Source: an uncultured Acidobacteriota bacterium (GTDB lineage: Bacteria > Acidobacteriota > Terriglobia > Terriglobales > Acidobacteriaceae). Taken from it: a DNA stretch of 64,000 nucleotides. Shown piece by piece: positions 18,889 through 28,632 of this stretch; positions within the stretch are counted from its first letter, which is position 1, and each line of letters begins with the position of its first letter. The position numbers were made by a program, and so were the translations under genes. The stretch lies in NCBI GenBank assembly GCA_963838765.1, contig CAWISU010000076.1:514-64513 (forward strand), in the 5' to 3' direction. Under the pieces are notes generated by a model, which was given only the letters and a program-made list of their open reading frames with translations, searched no databases and was not told where the DNA came from.

Positions 18889-19008
18889 CGTGTGCTCCTC
18901 TATGCTGGCAACATTCCTTTCATCCGCTTCGCACGGGCCGAGCGTCAGGGGTTGAGAACGCCTCCGCCCGCAGGCTTGCCATCATGGTCTTGTGAAACCA
19001 GCGAATAC

Positions 19009-22000
19009 TTACCACGTGATCTTGCCCATGAACTGAATGTTGCGTGGGCCGCCGACGCCAAAGTGTGAATCGAAACTGCCATCATCTGCGGTAGCGGTGA
19101 TGAACGTGGCATTTGCTGGACCGGGGGAGGGCTCGGCAAAGTTCGGGTGATTGAATGCGTTGAAGAAGCTGGTCCGGAATTGGAACCCAAACCGGTCGCC
19201 GAGCCTGAACGTTCTCTGCAGCGATATGTCCCACGCGTTCAGCCCCGGCGCGACCAGCGGATCGCGCGGGCAGTTGCCAAACGTTCCCGGCGCGGGCTCC
19301 TGAAACGAACTGGGCGACGCGTACGGTAGCAAGAAGTTGCTTAATTGATAGTGAATCGGCCCGACGCAATTATACCGCGTGTGATTATTGCCCACGCCGC
19401 TCTCGTCACCAAAGGTCAACAGGGGTGCAGCAAAGCCGTCACGAAAAGTGGTGGTCCCGGAGACTTGCCAATCCTTTGCCAGGTAAGCGAACGCGCTGCC
19501 AGTTTTAGGGGAAGGGATGGCATATACGTATGTAAGGATGAGCGCACGGCGCTGATCGAATTCTGAATTGCCGTAACTGCCCTTCAGATTCGTCGAGTCT
19601 TGCGGCACATAGCCGCTGGTGCCGAAGAAATCTTCCACTTCGGACGCAGTGTCGAGATTGTGAGACCAGGTGAAAGCGACCTGACTCGTCAAGCCATGAA
19701 AGTTATTCGATTTCAGCGAAACCTGCAAAGAGTGGTAAGTCGCAAAACCCGGCGTCGAAATCGTATTGATTTGCGACAAGGTGGGGAACTTCGCGTTAAA
19801 CGGGCGCGCGTCCTGCTCACACGTCAAATTGGGTAACGGGGGCGCACATCCGGCGCCGTAGCCGGCCCCCAGCGGCGGCTGGTTGATGTCCAGCAATTGA
19901 AGTTGGTGGATACTATGGTTCCCGACATACCCAATCTGAAAGACGACCTTGTCGCTGAGCTCCTGCTGGATATTCAAATTCCATTCTTGCGTATTCGGCG
20001 TCTTCAGATTGTGCTGAATGCTTTCAATGTTAAATGGCGGCTGCGGTGCGCCCGTGCCGAAGATTGGCACTCCAACGCCGAAAGGGATGGGAGGACTGGG
20101 CACGATCGTGTAGCCGGCCGTCGCCCCGATGGGATTCTGCGCCAGCCCTTCTTCGAAGTTATTGAGTGGAATCGTATCGTAATAAATTCCGAATCCGGAA
20201 CGGATCACTGTCTGCCGTCCCGAGATAAGTTGGGACTCAGGCGCCCAGGCAAGCGAAACGCGAGGCCCAAAGTCGCCCTTGGGGGAGTTGTAAATGGTTC
20301 CCCCCGGCAATTGCGAGGCCGGGACAAGCCCCAGATTGGGGTCAAATGCGGAGAAACGCCCTTGCGATTCGTTCACAGTCGTGAAGAAATCGTAGCGCAG
20401 CCCGGCAATCAACGTGAGGCGGGGACTGACCTTGAAGGTGTCGATAGCGAAGCCGCTGATGATGTTCTGGTCAATATTGGCGCGGGGGCTGCCGACCCGC
20501 GTGATTTGCGTGAGGCCGTTCCCCGGCGTTGGAAGACCGGCAATCAAGTCGACCAGAGACGCCATCCCCGCGCTCTGACTAAGCTGATCTCCAAGCTGTG
20601 AACCGGTAAAGGAAAAGATGCCGCGTCCCCCGGCTAGGGTGTAATCGGAATAGTTGTGAAGGAAGTTAAACCCGAACTTCCAGGCATGCGCGCCACGGGT
20701 CCAACTGACTTCGTTAGCGATTTGATAACTGGTCGCGACGCGCCCCCCCGCGCCATACTGCAGTCCGAGGTTCGCGAAACCATATATGTCGACCTCCGGA
20801 ATGCCGTAACTGATCGGCGTTACCCCGGTGTTGAAGCCGATCGTGTCCGGGTTCACGTTCGAGTCGCGACCTTTTTGGAATTGGCTGAAGCGGTTCCAGC
20901 CGAGCCGGATTGTATTGATCAACTCCGGCTTGAAGATGTGAACCTCGCTGATCGCGAAGTTGTCGGCTACGGTCGGGGTCACGCCAAACCACGGGCCTAG
21001 CTGAGATCCGCCGCCCGGGCCGGGTCCGCCGCCAGGAAACTCGTCTTCGCCGTTTCCATGAAGGTAGCGGGCTGAAAGCGAATCGGAGGTCGAGATACGG
21101 TGATCGATTTTCAAAACCCCGCTGTTGGGTGTTTGAAGACCGCGATTGTCGATAGCGAATGGACCGGATAGACCCAGACCCGAATAGAGTCCGAGAATAT
21201 TGAGCCCCAGTTGATTCGGCGTGATGCCCTGCCCCTGAACCAAAGCGGTGGCTGTCGCGATCTGTGCTGAAGTTGGCGCAACTCCGTTAAGTGTGGTGCC
21301 CAGCCGGAGGCGGCTTCCATCATAGCCTGCAAAAAAGAACGTGCGGTTCCGGCCATCGTATACGTGAGGAATGGAGATCGGGCCGCCAATCGTTCCGCCG
21401 AATTCATTCCACACGAACGGCGCTTTTGGTACTCCATGCAGATCTTCAAAAAAGTTGGCGGCATCAAGAGCAGCATCGCGATGCAATTCGTACAGAGAGC
21501 CATGAATCTGATTCGTGCCGCTGCGAATGATGACATTCATTACGCTGCCGGAATTTTGCCCGCTATCGGCACCGGCGTTCGCGCTGACGATCACCTCCTG
21601 AATTGCGTCCAACGGAAGGCGCGTCGCCGCTGTCGCCGAATTTCCACCTTCATTGATGGAGGGTAGGTAGGTTGAAGGGTCTGTGTCGGAAACACCGTCG
21701 ATATTGAAGCCGTTCGAGCGCGCGCGTGAGCCGTTGATCGTGTATTGCGCGAATGCGAAGTTGCTATTTTGGGTAACTCCCGGCAAGACAAGAGCAAGCC
21801 TCGTGTAGTCACTGTTGCCGATTGGAAGAGCCTCGACTTGCACCTCGCTCAATTGACCGCCGACTTCATTCGTCTCTGTCTGCAGGAGCGCCGGCGCCGA
21901 GGTCACCTCAATTTGTGAAGTGACGGTTCCGACCGCCAGCACGGGGTTGAGGTTATTTACCTGCCCTTGGGAGGTCACGATATCGTTGATGACCGTGGTG

Positions 22001-22272
22001 CGAAAGCCTTCTTTACTCACCGTCAACCGGAAAGTGCCGAGCGGCAGCTCCGGGAAATTGAATTCGCCGTTTTGATCGCTGGCGAGCGTCCGCTCCTGGC
22101 CGGTGGCGGGGTTTGAAAGTTTGATGCTTGCGCCGGGCACCGCAGCACCCTGAGCATCCCGCACCGTTCCGGTGATTCGACCTGGAAAAAACTGGGCCGC
22201 GGCAAACGAAGCGCAAAGAGCGACAACAACGATACTCGACGTTATGAATCGAATCGCGTGAACGTTCCTCAC
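19009..22272 (-). CDS. TonB-dependent-receptor-like outer membrane protein with N-terminal CarboxypepD_reg domain
   Basis: 1087 aa. It has a signal peptide and an N-terminal segment GRITGTVRDAQGAAVPGASIKLSNPATGQERTLASDQNGEFNFPELPLGTFRLTVSKEGF. The remainder is a long beta-rich body ending in ...GKITW. Confidence 0.85.
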   Translation of the reverse strand: MRNVHAIRFITSSIVVVALCASFAAAQFFPGRITGTVRDAQGAAVPGASIKLSNPATGQERTLASDQNGEFNFPELPLGTFRLTVSKEGFRTTVINDIVTSQGQVNNLNPVLAVGTVTSQIEVTSAPALLQTETNEVGGQLSEVQVEALPIGNSDYTRLALVLPGVTQNSNFAFAQYTINGSRARSNGFNIDGVSDTDPSTYLPSINEGGNSATAATRLPLDAIQEVIVSANAGADSGQNSGSVMNVIIRSGTNQIHGSLYELHRDAALDAANFFEDLHGVPKAPFVWNEFGGTIGGPISIPHVYDGRNRTFFFAGYDGSRLRLGTTLNGVAPTSAQIATATALVQGQGITPNQLGLNILGLYSGLGLSGPFAIDNRGLQTPNSGVLKIDHRISTSDSLSARYLHGNGEDEFPGGGPGPGGGSQLGPWFGVTPTVADNFAISEVHIFKPELINTIRLGWNRFSQFQKGRDSNVNPDTIGFNTGVTPISYGIPEVDIYGFANLGLQYGAGGRVATSYQIANEVSWTRGAHAWKFGFNFLHNYSDYTLAGGRGIFSFTGSQLGDQLSQSAGMASLVDLIAGLPTPGNGLTQITRVGSPRANIDQNIISGFAIDTFKVSPRLTLIAGLRYDFFTTVNESQGRFSAFDPNLGLVPASQLPGGTIYNSPKGDFGPRVSLAWAPESQLISGRQTVIRSGFGIYYDTIPLNNFEEGLAQNPIGATAGYTIVPSPPIPFGVGVPIFGTGAPQPPFNIESIQHNLKTPNTQEWNLNIQQELSDKVVFQIGYVGNHSIHQLQLLDINQPPLGAGYGAGCAPPLPNLTCEQDARPFNAKFPTLSQINTISTPGFATYHSLQVSLKSNNFHGLTSQVAFTWSHNLDTASEVEDFFGTSGYVPQDSTNLKGSYGNSEFDQRRALILTYVYAIPSPKTGSAFAYLAKDWQVSGTTTFRDGFAAPLLTFGDESGVGNNHTRYNCVGPIHYQLSNFLLPYASPSSFQEPAPGTFGNCPRDPLVAPGLNAWDISLQRTFRLGDRFGFQFRTSFFNAFNHPNFAEPSPGPANATFITATADDGSFDSHFGVGGPRNIQFMGKITW

Positions 22273-22386
22273 TTTATTCCCCCCCGAGCCGTCAATCGGC
22301 GCATGCTACCCTGTAAGCTACGAGTATGTCAATGGTATTCAGATGGTATGTCAAATGAACGGGGTGGAAATGCGGGATTGTTTTGT

Positions 22387-23256
22387 CTAGAGTCTCGCGT
22401 TAGCACGAGCTGAAGTTGAACTTGCGGCCGGGCGAACGGGAAGAACCGAAGCCACTCCCATGACCTTGTCTTTCGATTGCATAATATGGTCATGCATAAG
22501 TTGGCGCGCGCGCTCAGAGTCCCGTTCCCGGATCGCGTTGAGAATCGCAATATGCTCGCGGCCGGGAACTTCGCCATAATAGTGAATGTCAATCGCGGCC
22601 AACATGATTCGTTCCATCTGACTGCGGGCTTCGCTGACGGCCTTCACCAGCATTTGATTGCGCGCTAACAGCGCGATGCCGACGTGAAAGGCAGTATCGG
22701 CCTCGATAAAGCGCACGCAACTGCGGCGGTCATCCGGGCTGCAGGATGCCTTGGCAAGATCGGTCAACTCCTTCAGGGCCTCGCCGGTAGCGCCTTTGGC
22801 GGCTGCAAGTTCAGCCGCGGCGCATTCAACCGCGCTGCGGAATTCGTAAATATCATTCAGAACTTGCAGCGTAATCTGAGCCACGAAATACCCGCGGTTC
22901 GGAACAATGCGCAGCAGCCTGTCATTTTGAAGCCGGACCGCGGCCTCACGCACGGGTGTGCGGCTTGCCTTATAGCGGCGCGCTAGATCTTTCTCGCTCA
23001 AAGCCTCGCCCGGCTGGAAAATGCCATGAATAATGTCGAGTTTGAATGCGGAATATACTCTCTCGCTCAGGGTCGCGGGCACCGTACTGATCAGATGCGG
23101 TTGCGATAAAGAAGAAAGGGTGCGCGACAGGATTCGATGTCCTCTGTCCCGCCTGGCGGCCTTTGCCAAGAATTCCTCCTCAAAACACTCATTGTTCCCG
23201 AGTGTCGCTGCTATGTCAACGAATACAATGGTCTCGACCGAGTAGGGCGCTTTCAT
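22387..23256 (-). CDS. GntR-family transcriptional regulator, FadR/FCD subfamily (start uncertain)
   Basis: wHTH segment GEALSEKDLARRYKASRTPVREAAVRLQNDRLLRIVPNRGYFV followed by an all-helical C-terminal domain. The 289-aa ORF is longer than usual, so the true start may be internal. Confidence 0.85.
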   Translation of the reverse strand: MKAPYSVETIVFVDIAATLGNNECFEEEFLAKAARRDRGHRILSRTLSSLSQPHLISTVPATLSERVYSAFKLDIIHGIFQPGEALSEKDLARRYKASRTPVREAAVRLQNDRLLRIVPNRGYFVAQITLQVLNDIYEFRSAVECAAAELAAAKGATGEALKELTDLAKASCSPDDRRSCVRFIEADTAFHVGIALLARNQMLVKAVSEARSQMERIMLAAIDIHYYGEVPGREHIAILNAIRERDSERARQLMHDHIMQSKDKVMGVASVLPVRPAASSTSARANARL

Positions 23257-23363
23257 CCCGTCGTTCTTTTTGCAGCAGATCGTATACAGTCGGTATGTCC
23301 ATGATATTCTAGCTGGCTCTAGCCGCTTACGAATGCCTGCCTGGAGCGAGCGGTGGAGGATGA

Positions 23364-24650
23364 ATGAACAACTCTATTCTCTTGGCAGAAACTGGCAATA
23401 CCGCCAGGCGATTCCCGGTCGAGATCGTTCGCCGCGCGTTTCCCTCTCTGAATCGCGGTGAGAATTTCATATTCTTCGACAACGCAGCCGGAGCCCAGGC
23501 ACCGCAGGTCGTTTTCGATGCGGTCAACAAGCACCTGCTTGAAAATAATGTCCAGCGGGGTGGACGATACGCCAAGAGCCAGGAAGTCGACGCAATGATC
23601 GCGCGCGCGAGAGAGAGTGTTGCTGTGCTCATCAATGCGCGGCATCCCAGTGAGATCGCATTTGGAATGAACGCAACGTCGTTCATCCGGCTGATCAGTC
23701 TGGCGATTGGTCAAACGCTGGCTGAACGCAACGAGATCGTTGTTACCGATATGGACCACGAGGCCAACGTCGCCACCTGGCTGGCCCTCCCCAATGCCAA
23801 GTTCGCCTGGTGGAAGATTCGGGAAGACGGAAATTTGCACGTAGAAGACTTGCAGAGACTTCTGTCTTCACGAACGCGGCTGGTAGCGTGCACCGTTACT
23901 TCCAACGCGCTTGGTTCGATCGTGGATGCGGCGGAAGCGGCCAAGAGTGCCCATCTCGCGGGCGCGGAAATTTTTCTCGATTGTGTCCACTACGGCCCGC
24001 ACGGAACCGTCGACGTGCAGGCCTTCGACTGTGATTACCTCGTCTGTTCGGGGTACAAGATATTCTCGCCGCACATGGGATTTCTGTGGGGTCGGCGGGA
24101 GCTGTTGAAAAGCCTGCCTACCTTCCGCGAGGATTTCATCCCGGACGAACCGCCGGGAAAGATTGAAGCCGGTACGTTCATTTATGAAAACGTTGCCGGT
24201 CTAGATGCAGCGATAACTTATTTAGAAACGCTTGGGGCCAGTCTCGGCGGAAATTTGAACCGCGCCTCCGAAAATTCCAGGCGGAACAACCTGGTGATTG
24301 CCATGAATACGGTGCGCGCTTACGAAGCATCGCTCTCGTCGGAATTGTTGCGCGTCTTGAAAGAGGCCGATGCCACAATCTACGGCATCCGCGATGAAGA
24401 TCGGTTGCGCGAACGCGTTCCCACTTTCTGTTTCAACCTTCAGAAAAGGCATCCGGCACGCGTCACAGAAACCCTGGCGGATGCCGGCATCGGAGTTCGC
24501 GATGGACACATGTACGCACCGCGCCTCATGCGGAGGCTGGGTCTGGACCCGGAGTCTGGGGCGGTCCGCGTGTCCCTCGTGCATTACAACACCGCAGAAG
24601 AAATCCATCGCTTCCGCGACGTAATCCTGCCAATGAGCCGCTATGCCTGA
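23364..24650 (+). CDS. class V aminotransferase / cysteine-desulfurase-family PLP enzyme
   Basis: 428 aa with the PLP-lysine context [19 protein letters not shown]. It is divergent from the GntR gene. Confidence 0.85.
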   Translation: MNNSILLAETGNTARRFPVEIVRRAFPSLNRGENFIFFDNAAGAQAPQVVFDAVNKHLLENNVQRGGRYAKSQEVDAMIARARESVAVLINARHPSEIAFGMNATSFIRLISLAIGQTLAERNEIVVTDMDHEANVATWLALPNAKFAWWKIREDGNLHVEDLQRLLSSRTRLVACTVTSNALGSIVDAAEAAKSAHLAGAEIFLDCVHYGPHGTVDVQAFDCDYLVCSGYKIFSPHMGFLWGRRELLKSLPTFREDFIPDEPPGKIEAGTFIYENVAGLDAAITYLETLGASLGGNLNRASENSRRNNLVIAMNTVRAYEASLSSELLRVLKEADATIYGIRDEDRLRERVPTFCFNLQKRHPARVTETLADAGIGVRDGHMYAPRLMRRLGLDPESGAVRVSLVHYNTAEEIHRFRDVILPMSRYA

Positions 24651-26088
24651 GGCGCCGCGGCCAGTACATCTTCTCGAGAGCTCACTCCCGATTACACAGC
24701 CGAGTAGTGCTTCGCCGGCGCCCGAGAACCTCCAACGTCGGCTCACTCAACGGCAACTCACCATGCTCGCCCTGGGTGGAGCGATCGGCGTTGGTCTATT
24801 CCTGGGCAGCAGCATAACCATCCGACTTGCTGGACCGGGAGTAATTTTGTCGTACCTGCTCGGGGCAGTCATCGCGATGATCGTTGCTTATTCGCTGGCA
24901 GAGATGGCAGTGATTCATCCGGTGGCGGGTGCTTTTGGCGTATACGCTGAGACTTATCTCAATGCATGGTCCGGGTTCGCGGTGCGCGCGACCTATGGGC
25001 TCGTGCAAATTATCGCAATCGGGGCGGAGGTAACCGCCGTGGCAATTTACTGCGGATTTTGGTTTCCACATGTGCCGCAGTGGGTCTGGGTTGCAGGCGC
25101 ATCGCTCGCGCTGGTCGCGATCAATGCCCTGCAGGTCGGACGGTTTGGGGAATTTGAATATTGGTTTGCTTTGATCAAAGTGTCCGCCATCGTCGCTTTT
25201 ATCGCCATTGGCGCGATGCTGATATTTGGAATCGGTCCAAGACCGGCGCTCGGACTCTCGAATCTGGTTGCGAATGGCGGCTTCCTGCCCTTCGGTCTGA
25301 AGGGCGTTTGGTTGGCGCTTACGCTCGCCCTGACCAGTTATATGGGCGTGGAAGTTATCGCCGTCACAGCCGGCGAGGCGCGCGATCCCGAACGTTCGAT
25401 TCCGCGCGCGATGCGCACCATTGTCTACAGGCTGATCTTTTTCTATGTTCTCGCGATTTCCGCGATGTTGGCCATGACTCCATGGAACCGGGTGGGAAGC
25501 GAAACCGGAATTAGCGGTAGTCCATTCGTGAGCGCCTTTGCCGGTGTCGGAATTCCATACGCTGCCAGCATCATGAATCTAGTGGTAATCACCGCGGCGC
25601 TTTCCAGTTGCAATGCCGATCTTTATCTCACCACCCGGATGCTGTTCTCACTCTCGCGAAGCGGCTACGCGCCCGCGTGGCTCTCCCGGCTGAGCAGCAA
25701 CGGAGTCCCTCATCGCGCGCTTGGTCTTTCGACCGCCGGCATGATCGCGGCGATATTGCTTGCTATTTATGCGCCTTCACGCGCCTTTCTGATGCTCTAC
25801 GGGGTGGCGGTGGCCGGGATGTTCTTTGTATGGGTTGTCATTCTTCTCAGCCACATTTACTTCCGAAAGTCGCTTAGTCCCGAGGTTCGCTCCCGCCTGC
25901 CCATCAAATTAGCCTGGTCGCCGTATTCCAATTGGATCGGCATCGCCGCCCTGCTGGGCATCACAGCGAGTACTTTTTTTGTAGACGGTTTGCAGTATGC
26001 CCTCCCCGCGTTCTCGCCTTTTCTTCTGGCGATGTCGCTTGTGTACTGGAGAGTACAGCGCCGTCCCCAGTTTAAGAAAGCCGGATAA
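24643..26088 (+). CDS. APC-superfamily amino acid permease
   Basis: 481 aa with about 12 hydrophobic spans and an N-terminal [25 protein letters not shown] signature. Its ATG overlaps the upstream stop by 8 nt (ATGCCTGA). Confidence 0.9.
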   Translation: MPEAPRPVHLLESSLPITQPSSASPAPENLQRRLTQRQLTMLALGGAIGVGLFLGSSITIRLAGPGVILSYLLGAVIAMIVAYSLAEMAVIHPVAGAFGVYAETYLNAWSGFAVRATYGLVQIIAIGAEVTAVAIYCGFWFPHVPQWVWVAGASLALVAINALQVGRFGEFEYWFALIKVSAIVAFIAIGAMLIFGIGPRPALGLSNLVANGGFLPFGLKGVWLALTLALTSYMGVEVIAVTAGEARDPERSIPRAMRTIVYRLIFFYVLAISAMLAMTPWNRVGSETGISGSPFVSAFAGVGIPYAASIMNLVVITAALSSCNADLYLTTRMLFSLSRSGYAPAWLSRLSSNGVPHRALGLSTAGMIAAILLAIYAPSRAFLMLYGVAVAGMFFVWVVILLSHIYFRKSLSPEVRSRLPIKLAWSPYSNWIGIAALLGITASTFFVDGLQYALPAFSPFLLAMSLVYWRVQRRPQFKKAG

Positions 26089-26384
26089 AACCGCCTCCAG
26101 CCGACTAGTATGGCTACAATATCCTGATTGCATACAAAATGTTGAACTCTGTGACGAAAGGGTTTCTTGTAAACATTTGCCGATGCATTCCATGAATTGG
26201 TTGATCAGGCATTATTGAGACACATACGACTTTACAGATGTAACGTTGCATTCAAAGATGCCTATGGACAACTCCCGCGGCCCTCTGAGGGTGACGCAGG
26301 CGAGTCGTCCCTGCTGAGATACAGCCCCGACACTGCCAGTTTGGAGGTGGCTTTAAAGGCCGCCCTATGGACCCGGTTCAAGTC

Positions 26385-27248
26385 TTACGCCCGGGGACGC
26401 CTGCTCTCGGTGATGGCTGCGTCCAATCGAGCTGCGAGTTCGGCGAAGCCGGGGGTGGGACCGTTCCATCGTAACTGGTCTATGTCGTCGAATAGCGTGA
26501 TGTCGGTCCGGAGCGTGGCGAGCATGCGAAAGAGCAGTGCGCGATCGCGATCGCGGGAGAGAGTGGCTGCGAGGACACTCGCGTTGGCGGCGTTCACGTG
26601 CCACTCCCGACAGTCTGGAGGGATGGATTCGAGATGGCCAAACTTCGCAAGGACGGCAGCCGAAGATTTCGCACCCCAGCCTTTCAGTCCCGGATAGCCG
26701 TCCGCCGCATCGCCCACCAGCGCTAGATAGTCGGGGATGGATGCCGGCGAAACGCCAAACTTCTGGACCACGCCAGCCTCGTCCAACGTGACCCCTGTCC
26801 GGCGATTCAGTTGGACGATGCGTGAGCCGCTCACGCATTGGGCAAGGTCCTTGTCCGGGGTGCAGATGATCACGCGTTCGACACGTTCGTCTTGAGCGGC
26901 CGCAGCCGCCCCGGCAGCGAGCGCGTCGTCCGCCTCAAACTCCACCATCGGCCAGACGACAATACCAGCGGCTGTAAGGACGTCTTCGAGCAGTGGAAAC
27001 TGTGCCAGCAGCTCGGGTTCGACGCCTTCGCCGGTCTTGTAGCCTGGCCATAAGCTGTTGCGAAAAGACTCGATCACATGATCGGTCGCAACCGCGATGT
27101 GCGTGGCGCGGCCTTTGATCATGCCCAACATCGAGGCGAGCACGCCTCGGACTGCCGCGACCTCCATGCCGTTCTCATCCCGCGCCGAGGGCAGCGCGTA
27201 GTAGTGCCGGAACAACTCGTAAGTTCCGTCGATCAGATAGACTTTCAT
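26385..27248 (-). CDS. 5'-3' exonuclease / flap endonuclease (PIN-like plus H3TH domains)
   Basis: 287 aa. The product begins MKVYLIDGTYELFRHYYALP and later contains ..TPDKDLAQCV...GVSPASIPDYLALVGDAADGYPGLKGWGAKSAA. This layout is typical of a Pol I-type 5' nuclease. Confidence 0.85.
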   Translation of the reverse strand: MKVYLIDGTYELFRHYYALPSARDENGMEVAAVRGVLASMLGMIKGRATHIAVATDHVIESFRNSLWPGYKTGEGVEPELLAQFPLLEDVLTAAGIVVWPMVEFEADDALAAGAAAAAQDERVERVIICTPDKDLAQCVSGSRIVQLNRRTGVTLDEAGVVQKFGVSPASIPDYLALVGDAADGYPGLKGWGAKSSAAVLAKFGHLESIPPDCREWHVNAANASVLAATLSRDRDRALLFRMLATLRTDITLFDDIDQLRWNGPTPGFAELAARLDAAITESRRPRA

Positions 27249-27387
27249 TCGGGACTGCTGACAACCCTACAAGGCTGGCGCTCGGTAAATCAACTTTCAC
27301 ACATTGATTTCTCACCCTCGTGGCGCAGCAGACTTCAGGGAATTTACCGGATCCAAATAAGCGCCGTTGCGGTGGTAGCCTGTCTAG

Positions 27388-27815
27388 GTGGCGAAACAAG
27401 CAGCCGGTGACATGCTCTCCATCGATGGACGCGAAGTCCAGGTAACGCATCCGGACAAGCTGTACTTTTCATCGCAGACACAAATTTCGAAACTGGATCT
27501 GGTTCGCTACTACCTGTCTGTTGCGCCGAGCGCGCTGGCTGGGATTCAGGATCGTCCGATTGTTCTAAAGCGGTTCGTGAATGGCGACGAAGGAGAAGCG
27601 TTTTACCAGAAACGTGCGCCCGCACAAAGGCCCTCATGGCTCCGGACGGTCACGCTTTCCCTTCGGGGCGAACTGCGGAAGACATTGTAGTCGGTGATGC
27701 GGCTGGCCTTGCCTGGATTGTCAATCTTGGTTGTATCGAGCTATACCCGCATCCGGTGAGCTCGAATGATCGGGCTCTTATCGCATGCGCAGCTATTTGG
27801 GAGAACTGCAAGTAA
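27388..27815 (+). pseudogene. remnant of a LigD polymerase/primase (PrimPol) domain gene, -1 frame break and premature end
   Basis: The ORF reads LSIDGREVQVTHPDKLYFSSQTQISKLDLVRYYLSVAPSALAGIQDRPIVLKRFVNGDEGEAFYQKRAPAQRPSWLRTVT. It then continues in the other frame as FPSGRTAEDIVVGDAAGLAWIVNLGCIELYPHP, and similarity is lost at about 140 aa. No ligase or nuclease domains follow. Confidence 0.6.
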
Positions 27816-27844
27816 TCGGCGGCCCAGCGCTGGCAGAAACGAGA

Positions 27845-28597
27845 TCAACGTATGCGAATAGAAAAAAAAGCGCGACGACGGGGAGGGAGTTTCTGCGAGC
27901 CATGCGCTTGTGCTGTCTGGGTTGAGAACCCGCACGCAGCGAGTTGATTGCGGAGGGTTGCAGCGTCGAATAGCCGTATTTGGTGGACTTCGCAGCCGCG
28001 CCTATACAATTGGTCAACCCGCCGGAATGTTTCGATTTTTCTGACCAGCGTCCGCGTACTCTGATCCTCCTCGATCTCGACCAATACGGCCCAATCCTCG
28101 CTTGAAGCCCAAAAGCGCCCTGACAACGAGGGCTCACCGAGTTCGATCACATCGAAGATAAGCATTCCGCCTGCTGGCAGAGCGCGGGACGCGGCGCGAA
28201 AAAAGCCCTGGACCAGAGTGTCGGCATCCGCATTATCTGCGTGGTAGGTCAATGGTTCCCCTAGCGCTACAATGGCCTCGCACGGAGGAAGCTTCGTCTC
28301 GTAAAGTGACCCGTGTATGAACTGTGCTTCCGGGTTGGCGGTTCGTGCAATTGCCAGGAGCTCTGCCGAACAGTCGATGCCAGTAACCTCAAAACCGGCC
28401 TCCACGAGTGCCGCGCTTAATGGCCCAGCCCCGCAGCCAACATCTACGACCCTTCGAATCGGTAGCGAAGCACACTTGAGCAGCCGGATGATCTCAGGCG
28501 CAGCGCCTTGGGCAAGGCTTCCGAAAGCCGCAGCTTGGATGTGTGCAAGGTCCTGCCCGTAAAGCGCCATAGAAATGAAAGTACACCCGTTGAACAT
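27845..28597 (-). CDS. class I SAM-dependent methyltransferase
   Basis: Motif I VVDVGCGAGPLS. 250-aa ORF; the start is possibly the internal MALYGQ. Confidence 0.85.
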   Translation of the reverse strand: MFNGCTFISMALYGQDLAHIQAAAFGSLAQGAAPEIIRLLKCASLPIRRVVDVGCGAGPLSAALVEAGFEVTGIDCSAELLAIARTANPEAQFIHGSLYETKLPPCEAIVALGEPLTYHADNADADTLVQGFFRAASRALPAGGMLIFDVIELGEPSLSGRFWASSEDWAVLVEIEEDQSTRTLVRKIETFRRVDQLYRRGCEVHQIRLFDAATLRNQLAACGFSTQTAQAHGSQKLPPRRRAFFSIRIR

Positions 28598-28632
28598 TCT
28601 CGTCTTGATTTCCGCCGCTTCGAGGAACCGGG

